Shown here: one piece after another, positions 58,216 to 64,000 of the stretch
Position numbering within the stretch: the first letter of the stretch is position 1
How the letters are laid out: every line of letters begins with the position of its first letter
Origin: an uncultured Methanosarcinales archaeon
GTDB taxonomy: Archaea > Nanobdellota > Nanobdellia > Woesearchaeales > ARS49
DNA length: 64,000 nt
Direction: 5' to 3'
Assembly (NCBI GenBank): GCA_964353335.1
Contig: CAYGVI010000005.1
Coordinates: 1,858-65,857 of the forward strand
Notes under the pieces: generated by a model
The model's database searches: none
What the model saw: the letters and a program-made list of their open reading frames with translations, nothing else
What the model was told of the DNA's origin: nothing
Translations under genes and position numbers: made by a program

Positions 58216-58772
58216 GGCTTTTCTGGAAAATAATAACTGAAAGCGTATGGATTCTTCTGTTTGCGTCGCTGTTAAGCTCAATCGGCGGTTTTGGAGTGGA
58301 AGGAATCAAGCAGGGAATCATCGCCCTCCTGCCGTTATTGATACTTATGCCTGCGCTTAATGACATGACAGGCGATTACGGGATAATAATCACGTCCAGG
58401 TTCACCACAATGCTTTTTGAGGGAAAAATAAAGCCGAAAAACTGGTGGAAGTCGCATTTGCTTCACAGGCTGCTGGGCGAAGTCGTGATTATCGGGCTGT
58501 TTTCAGCAATTTACATCGCAGTGCTGGCAAGCATTATCGCGGGATTCAAGGGATTTCCAATGGCTTGGGAGCTGTTCCAGAAAGTCCTGCTCATTTCAGT
58601 CGCAACAACCATCGCACTCATAATACTGCAGTTTTTTGTCTGCATTCTTGGCGGCTTTTATGTCTACAAGCACAAGCACGACCCTGACAATTACCTGATT
58701 CCATTGTCAACAGGCATTGCTGACCTTGGCTCAATGTTAATTCTCACTGTCCTTATCAGGGTGCTTTTCTAG
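58212..58772 (+). CDS. MgtE-type transporter membrane domain protein (half 2)
   Basis: ATGA overlap with half 1. PALNDMTGDYGIIITSRFTT and HDPDNYLIPLSTGIAD. Confidence 0.65.
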   Translation: MRLFWKIITESVWILLFASLLSSIGGFGVEGIKQGIIALLPLLILMPALNDMTGDYGIIITSRFTTMLFEGKIKPKNWWKSHLLHRLLGEVVIIGLFSAIYIAVLASIIAGFKGFPMAWELFQKVLLISVATTIALIILQFFVCILGGFYVYKHKHDPDNYLIPLSTGIADLGSMLILTVLIRVLF

Positions 58773-60654
58773 ACTCGTACATCTCCTTGACTTTCACAGG
58801 GCAGATGTATTTGAACTGCCTGCCTTCAATCAGCAGCTCTTTGGGAACATCCTTGAGCTCATTCTTCATCAGAAGCACTTTTTCCTCTGTTAGGCCTATC
58901 TTATTGAGCGCTGACTTGAGCTTGTTATAGTCCTTTGCTGCAATGCTCACAACAGCTTCTGTTGTCAAAGTTTTAGTGTTGGTATAAACCTGTGCCATCA
59001 GCGCCCTGCGAGCCCAGTCGTTAAGGCGGTCAGCGTTCTTGAAAATGTCCTTGTCTTTTCCAAGGGGCATTTCAACAACTAATCTGCTGTTTGCGCCTTC
59101 CTGCAGCTCCCTGATGTCTTTTTTCAGGTAGTTTGAGTTGATGCTGTGGTATGTTTCTACGCGCCTTTCAAGCACTCCAAGCACTTTTTTATCTTCTGCA
59201 GTTATTATTCCGTACTTGATGTGCTCCTTGATATTGGCCATCTTCGGGTGGTTGTTTTCCCAAATCCTGTCTCCCCAGCCATAAGAGCGGTCAGCAAGAG
59301 TAACAAGGTCGCTAATGCCGTTGAAATACTTGGCAAGGGCCTTCTTGTTTTCCCTTTCAAAATGCTCGACAGTCATGCTTTTTGACTGCAACAGCCTGCA
59401 AGGGTCATCTATCTGCTCTGAAAAATTAGCCACCATCTTCTTTATCCGTGCATATTTCTGGGAGTTTGGAAGATTGCTGATTTCCTCCCTTATTTTCTTG
59501 AGCTGTGCCTGCTCAACGCTGTAAGTGTGGTCTTTGGCATACTGGAGCTTTCTTCCTATCACAATAAGCCCGTCAATTTTTTTGCCAAAGTCTTCAACCG
59601 GCTCAATTCTCAGGGCAATGTTGCGCAGCCTGAGCCTGTCTGCCCCCTGCAAATGCTGTGTTGAGCCAAATGCCCACCTTTTCAGGCACTTTGAAACAAG
59701 CCTGTAATCCTCGGGTGAAAGCACCTTGTTGAAGCGGTACTCCTGTGCGAGCAAATCATCGCGCCAGAGATGTTTGTCATGCTCAACTGCAGGGATGATT
59801 TCCTCAAGTATTGTTGCCAGAGACTTTCCTTCTGGCTCATACTGTTTCAAAAATTCAGTGTTTTTCTCAATCCTGTATCTGATTGGGTCAACTCCTGCTT
59901 TTGTCCAGATTTCTTTTGCTTCTGAGCCCGTGTATTCAACCTGCTCCCTAAGAAGCATTGCTAAATCACTTCTGCCCATGTGCTCCAAATCCTTTGCGAT
60001 TGGCTCATACATGTCAGCAGGGAAGCTCCTTGCGCCCTCAACATAGTCAAGAATCTTTGTGACAGCGGTTCTTCCTGGCCTTGCAAAAGTGTCTTTTACC
60101 AGCTTTGCAGCCTGGAGCACATCGTCAGGGACATTTTTCTGGTTCAGGACCCATTGGACCTGTGAGTAAAGGTAGCTTTCATTTTTCTTTGCTGGCTTGT
60201 GGCTTAGCAAAGTGACTGGCTTTTGGCCTTCAGCGACAAGCGCGTCAAGGTCATTGTTGACTTCGTCAGCCTTTTCTTTTGCGCTTTTCTCGTCTACAGC
60301 AGCAAGAACGCCGGTGTTTAAGCCGTATTTGGCAAGGTGCTCTTTTGCGCAGACATTGCCAATAGCATAATCCCTTCCCTTGAAGCGGACATGGTATGTG
60401 TCATTGTGGGGAGTTCCGCACACCCAGCAGGACTGCAAAGTGTCAGTCTTGACTCTGCCAATAACCTCTACGCTCTTAACTGCGTTTACAAGGTTCTGGT
60501 GCTCTCCAATCTGGTAGAGGTGTGTAAACCAGGTCCATTTCTTGGATTTCTTTGCAAAAGCGTCTTTTACATCGCCAAGTATTGCCTTGCGCGATTTCTG
60601 GTCGGCAACATCGTTAACCGCCCAGCCCTTTATTGTTTGGTATTCGTTTTTCAT
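58756..60654 (-). CDS. orphan protein, 632 aa
   Basis: Long ATG ORF with a leaderless-distance TATA. The N-terminal region contains CWVCG...H...C. No family recognised. Confidence 0.6.
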   Translation of the reverse strand: MKNEYQTIKGWAVNDVADQKSRKAILGDVKDAFAKKSKKWTWFTHLYQIGEHQNLVNAVKSVEVIGRVKTDTLQSCWVCGTPHNDTYHVRFKGRDYAIGNVCAKEHLAKYGLNTGVLAAVDEKSAKEKADEVNNDLDALVAEGQKPVTLLSHKPAKKNESYLYSQVQWVLNQKNVPDDVLQAAKLVKDTFARPGRTAVTKILDYVEGARSFPADMYEPIAKDLEHMGRSDLAMLLREQVEYTGSEAKEIWTKAGVDPIRYRIEKNTEFLKQYEPEGKSLATILEEIIPAVEHDKHLWRDDLLAQEYRFNKVLSPEDYRLVSKCLKRWAFGSTQHLQGADRLRLRNIALRIEPVEDFGKKIDGLIVIGRKLQYAKDHTYSVEQAQLKKIREEISNLPNSQKYARIKKMVANFSEQIDDPCRLLQSKSMTVEHFERENKKALAKYFNGISDLVTLADRSYGWGDRIWENNHPKMANIKEHIKYGIITAEDKKVLGVLERRVETYHSINSNYLKKDIRELQEGANSRLVVEMPLGKDKDIFKNADRLNDWARRALMAQVYTNTKTLTTEAVVSIAAKDYNKLKSALNKIGLTEEKVLLMKNELKDVPKELLIEGRQFKYICPVKVKEMYESRKAP

Positions 60655-60676
60655 ACCCGTTACTATGTTTCCCGTC

Positions 60677-60686
60677 GTATATATAG
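60677..60686 (-). promoter_or_regulatory. TATA box for 58756..60654
   Basis: The minus strand reads ctatatatac, 23 nt upstream of the ATG at 60654. Confidence 0.45.
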
Positions 60687-60798
60687 TTGTGTGGTGATAT
60701 TACTCACCACAATTATGCTCACCCGCGTTTGCAGTGTTGTGATAGACGCTTCATGCGTTTAATAATGTGTGTAGTCTTGACTGCGACGTTCGGAAAGG

Positions 60799-60806
60799 TT
60801 TAAATA
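60799..60806 (+). promoter_or_regulatory. TATA box (tttaaata) for 60829 ORF
   Basis: 23 nt upstream of the ATG at 60829. Confidence 0.45.
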
Positions 60807-60828
60807 CGCTCATCTGCTCGTCTTGGAC

Positions 60829-61041
60829 ATGGGGGAAATAGACGATAAAAAGAAGAAAAAGAAGGACGAGCCAGAGCTTCAGGAGGAGTTTGAGGAGATA
60901 GAGGGAAAGAAGCACACTCCTGAAGAGCACAAAAAGGAATGTTCTGAAGATGTTGAAAAGCTCGTCAAGGAAATAGAGGAAAAAGAGCCTGAGGAAGAGG
61001 AACGCGAGGAAGACAAGGACGAGAAGGAAGAGGAAGAGTGA
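60829..61041 (+). CDS. K/E-rich low-complexity protein, about 70 aa
   Basis: ATG at leaderless distance from the TATA box. Extreme charge content (KKKKKKDE and EEEEREEDKDEKEEEE). Confidence 0.4.
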   Translation: MGEIDDKKKKKKDEPELQEEFEEIEGKKHTPEEHKKECSEDVEKLVKEIEEKEPEEEEREEDKDEKEEEE

Positions 61042-61042
61042 T

Positions 61043-61618
61043 TCAGTAATCTATGCCTTTTTCGCCTGTGAGTTTTTTGGGCCCTTTTTTCATCACAATC
61101 TCATTGACATAATCAGCCCTTTTGATTAATTCTTTTGGGGCATTCCTGCCTGTAAGGTAAACGTGGACCTTGGAAGGCACTGTGTCAAGGAATTTTATGA
61201 CTTCCTTTGGGTTGATAAGACCAATATCACAGGCAAGGTTTACCTCGTCGAGAACCAGCAAGAACGGCTTTTGTTTTGCTTTCTTTTTCGCGAATTCAAG
61301 CGCTTTTTTCGCAAGGGCTTTATCCTCTTTTGCAGGATTTTTCAGGTTCACCCATCCTTTTCTTCCGAACTGGTAAATCTCAAACAGTTTGCCGAGCTTT
61401 TTCCTGACCTTGTACTCGCCTATTGCGTTCTTCCTGCCTTTCATGAACTGGATTATTACAGCGTTATAGCCGTGCCCTATTGCCCTTAGAGCCACGCCTA
61501 ATGAAGAAGTTGTTTTTCCCCAGCCCTGCCCTGTCCAGAGATATACTGGTGCTTTTACCATGCCGACGACAAGCGTGCTTTGGTATAAAAACATATCTCT
61601 AGATATTGTAATCACCAA
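61043..61618 (-). CDS. cob(I)alamin/corrinoid adenosyltransferase family protein (CobA/CobO/BtuR-type)
   Basis: GQGWGKTTSSLGVALRAIGHGYNAVIIQFMKG, LLVLDEV and YLTGRNAPKELIKRADYVNE match the family. The start is either the TTG at 61618 or the ATG at 61561. Confidence 0.75.
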   Translation of the reverse strand: MVITISRDMFLYQSTLVVGMVKAPVYLWTGQGWGKTTSSLGVALRAIGHGYNAVIIQFMKGRKNAIGEYKVRKKLGKLFEIYQFGRKGWVNLKNPAKEDKALAKKALEFAKKKAKQKPFLLVLDEVNLACDIGLINPKEVIKFLDTVPSKVHVYLTGRNAPKELIKRADYVNEIVMKKGPKKLTGEKGIDY

Positions 61619-61639
61619 TAAGTAGTCAAAGTACTAAGG

Positions 61640-61647
61640 TTTATAAA
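61640..61647. promoter_or_regulatory. palindromic TATA box (tttataaa), possibly bidirectional
   Basis: 25 nt upstream of the ATG at 61673 (+) and about 21 nt upstream of the TTG at 61618 (-). Confidence 0.4.
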
Positions 61648-61672
61648 CGCCCCTTCAGTACCTTCGCACGAT

Positions 61673-62215
61673 ATGATAACTGATTTGTTAGACCATGAAC
61701 AGCCATCAAAGATAATTATTCCCACTAAAAAGGACATTCAGGCAATTATCATGCAGGATACTGACTGGAGCCCCCTGAACCCTATCATGGTTGTCGAAGA
61801 CCTGGTGAAAGTTTCTGACTTTGAAAAAGGGTACTTTCTCACAAGGCGGTTGGGGGCAAATATCAACGGCAATTGTTATGACATCCCTGTGCTCCATCAA
61901 GTTTCTGAAAAATCACTTGACCGATTCTATAACATTCCACTTATCCCTTGGAATTCAGCATCACCTGAATCCGTCTTCCTAACTGCATTTGAAATGCTGT
62001 GCCAACATGGGCAAAGAAGGATTTTTGTAAGGAATCCTAAAGCAAAAGAGCCGTATCTCATTGACGCGAATTTTGATGGCGCAGCAGTCACCTGCCAATT
62101 CTCAACATACACGCGCATGAGTATTGACAGGGTTTTCAGCGATGACAAGGAAACAGGAGAGCGGTTCAAGCGCAGGGTTGCTGTGCTAACTGAAGAATCA
62201 GGCTACGCGAGATAA
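61673..62215 (+). CDS. hypothetical protein, 180 aa
   Basis: Leaderless-type ATG ORF. No motif recognised. Confidence 0.5.
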   Translation: MITDLLDHEQPSKIIIPTKKDIQAIIMQDTDWSPLNPIMVVEDLVKVSDFEKGYFLTRRLGANINGNCYDIPVLHQVSEKSLDRFYNIPLIPWNSASPESVFLTAFEMLCQHGQRRIFVRNPKAKEPYLIDANFDGAAVTCQFSTYTRMSIDRVFSDDKETGERFKRRVAVLTEESGYAR

Positions 62216-63295
62216 TACGCCATCATCATTGATTTCTACCGCCCAAATTTCATCCGCAACTATATTTTTTTGTCTTAGAATCTGCAATATGTGGCTTACT
62301 TCCGCATCATTTGAGAGAATAATAACCCGTGTTGGCGGGGGAATCTGCAATGCAACCAGCAAGAGCTCCATTTCACCGGTTGTTGATATGTGCTGTGCCT
62401 TCTTGTGCTTAAGACTTTCCCATGCGTCGACAATCACCTTCACAAACTCAGGAGTCCTTTTAACAACAGGGATCACTAAATTGGGATTGATAGTTAGAAG
62501 GTACTTTATCATCCAATCTGGAACGCGCTGAATCCCTTTGTTATCCTTGCGTTTCATTTCCACCATGACGAGTGGTGTGACATAAACGGCCTTCGTAGGG
62601 AATTTAAAATTAATAGACGACTTTTTTGCCTTGTCCCTTTGCTGAATCACATGCGTCAAAAAACAGGTATCAATCAGGAAAATCGCTCTTCTAATGTCAA
62701 TATCCCTAACAACTCCCCCAATCGCGGTTTTGCTGAAGTCAACGACAAATGTTATTGCTTCTTTAATCGCTTCGTTAAGTTTTTCGCTGTTGACAGCAAG
62801 ATACTTCTTTAATGCCTCCAATACCTCCAAAAGCAGCTGACCATTATTGTCAATAATGGTTATATCACTCTTGACATGCCCTGCATTAAATGGCATCGTG
62901 GTTAATGTTGTCTTTAAGACGCTGTTTTCCCCCAAATATTTTTCAATTTCACAGATATACCTTTCCAGCATATCTTGGGCTGATTTAATTTCATCAAGGC
63001 TCATCTTTTCTGCTTTAAGCGCGTCCTTGACTTCAGGCAGCTTTGTCAAAAGAGTATTACATTGCTTGATGAGCCCATCTGACACAGGGGTTACTTTTCC
63101 CAGGAGCTCGAGGCACTTGTTTATTCCGAAAGACTGCCTTTTGGCAAACATTACTTTTTCAGCTTCTGCATTGACTTCAGAAAGCTTGCCAGACATATCC
63201 AAAACTGCAGTCTCAATCGTGTCAATCAGGTCAATTATTACAGCGATGGGGGTTATTATTCCTGTTAGCGGCATACTCGTAAAAACAAAGAGCAA
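62198..63295 (-). CDS. two-domain protein: unknown helical N-terminal domain plus a C-terminal PIN-like nuclease domain
   Basis: Ordered acidic residues fit a PIN fold: FLIDTCF, VMVEMK, GEMELLL, ILSNDAEV. Confidence 0.55.
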   Translation of the reverse strand: MLFVFTSMPLTGIITPIAVIIDLIDTIETAVLDMSGKLSEVNAEAEKVMFAKRQSFGINKCLELLGKVTPVSDGLIKQCNTLLTKLPEVKDALKAEKMSLDEIKSAQDMLERYICEIEKYLGENSVLKTTLTTMPFNAGHVKSDITIIDNNGQLLLEVLEALKKYLAVNSEKLNEAIKEAITFVVDFSKTAIGGVVRDIDIRRAIFLIDTCFLTHVIQQRDKAKKSSINFKFPTKAVYVTPLVMVEMKRKDNKGIQRVPDWMIKYLLTINPNLVIPVVKRTPEFVKVIVDAWESLKHKKAQHISTTGEMELLLVALQIPPPTRVIILSNDAEVSHILQILRQKNIVADEIWAVEINDDGVLSRVA

Positions 63296-63312
63296 GTATA
63301 AATAAATAACTG

Positions 63313-63762
63313 TTACAAAACAACAAACTCCGTCTTAACCTGGTGCAGTGATGTCAGCGAGATAACTTTTGCAAATCCGTATTTCTTTACTGCGTTCTTT
63401 ATGAACGCGTAATATTCGTCAATGTCCTTTGACCTGAGCTTGACTATGAGCTCGTATTCTCCTGTGCAGATGTCAACGCTTTCCACCTGGGCGTTTTTGG
63501 CTATTTCTCTTGCCACTTCCTCAGGATCGCCGTATTTTTCCTGTATAAGGTTGATTAGCAGGTAAGTGCAGTGGCCTTCATTGATTTTTTTGTAGTTGAA
63601 CACTGCCTTGTATGACTTGATTGCACCCTCTTCCTCGAGCTTTTTCACATTGTAATGTATTGTCGTGGCTGGCTCGCTGAGCTTCTTAGCTATCCTGCCT
63701 ATTTGCGGAGTGCAGTAGCCATGCTTGAACAGCTCTATGAGCCTGGGCCTGATATCTTTCAT
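63313..63762 (-). CDS. Lrp/AsnC family transcriptional regulator
   Basis: HTH (TPQIGRIAKKLSEPATTIHYNVKKLEEEGAI) plus a RAM-like C-terminal domain. I chose the ATG at 63762. The track extension to 63819 runs into hairpin H1. Confidence 0.8.
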   Translation of the reverse strand: MKDIRPRLIELFKHGYCTPQIGRIAKKLSEPATTIHYNVKKLEEEGAIKSYKAVFNYKKINEGHCTYLLINLIQEKYGDPEEVAREIAKNAQVESVDICTGEYELIVKLRSKDIDEYYAFIKNAVKKYGFAKVISLTSLHQVKTEFVVL

Positions 63763-63766
63763 ATGT

Positions 63767-63910
63767 CGGAAACTCCTGCACGGAAACCATATTGGAGTTT
63801 CCGAGCATGACTTGAGCAACGCTTTGCGTTGTCAAGTTCCCGAAAACGCACGTTGCGTTTTCGCGACTCAAGAACCGCCACAATATGCATTAATCGCTGG
63901 CGGTTCTTGA
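63767..63910. other. chain of four near-perfect hairpins upstream of lrp
   Basis: H1 is 63767-63776/63794-63803 (10 bp, 17-nt loop). H2 is 63810-63822/63826-63837 (12 bp, one bulge, 3-nt loop). H3 is 63841-63850/63854-63863 (10 bp, 3-nt loop). H4 is 63868-63880/63898-63910 (13 bp, 17-nt loop). Confidence 0.6.
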
Positions 63911-64000
63911 CAATATTCGTATAATATTCAACTATTTATAAGGTTTTCGCTTAATAATTGAATATTATTCCGTTATCAATATATCTGTCAGGCATTTGAG

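Noticed and set aside
1-64000. Search by eye for CRISPR arrays, cas genes, rRNA, integrase or transposase, reverse transcriptase/DGR and inteins
   Set aside because: I recognised none. There are no repeat-spacer arrays, no R-H-R-Y or DDE-type ORFs, no YxDD reverse-transcriptase motif, and the RNAP and aaRS genes appear uninterrupted. The lack of a recombinase weakens, but does not exclude, the two island hypotheses.

Overview
This is a 64-kb archaeal chromosomal segment. The sequence itself supports an archaeal origin. The RNA polymerase genes are split and run rpoH-rpoB''-rpoB'-rpoA'-rpoA'', followed by rpl30e-nusA-rps12-rps7 (44.8-54.5 kb). There is a TFB gene. There are three tRNAs, two with introns, and tRNA-Tyr has the archaeal/eukaryal C1-G72 pair. 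A/T-rich TATA boxes (roughly AAGCTTTATAAATA) sit 22-27 nt upstream of many start codons, which implies mostly leaderless mRNAs. Other recognisable genes are metG, prs, a Rad50-type ATPase, Nudix, a SAM methyltransferase, a flavin-reductase-like protein, YhbY, NFACT-R, Fic, two MgtE-type half transporters, a CobA-type adenosyltransferase, Lrp/AsnC, a fused nucleotidyltransferase/HEPN-like protein and a metallophosphoesterase. More than half of the coding capacity is orphan, and much of that is secreted or membrane-anchored (a metzincin protease, an Ig/cadherin-repeat lipoprotein, a lamin-tail-domain protein, a CARDB-like surface protein). This profile resembles small-genome DPANN-type archaea, but that is inference only. 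The points most worth a second look are: (1) a tightly coupled 146-aa orphan ORF between rpoB' and rpoA', plus a 25-codon relay ORF between rpoA' and rpoA''; (2) three same-orientation copies of the last codons (FVFAHKR-stop) of gene 40450..41217, which delimit low-GC promoter-plus-gene cassettes next to tRNA-Lys; (3) a 14-nt direct repeat of the tRNA-Asp 3' end that brackets a 5.2-kb island carrying toxin-antitoxin-like pairs; (4) a family of intergenic elements that begin with TTCCGAGC, and a chain of four near-perfect hairpins upstream of lrp; (5) a tRNA-Lys with a non-canonical D-arm intron; (6) an orphan operon at 28.7-35.0 kb (a TIM barrel with a large insertion, two coiled-coil proteins and a 539-aa orphan). 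I recognised no CRISPR array, rRNA, integrase, transposase or reverse transcriptase.
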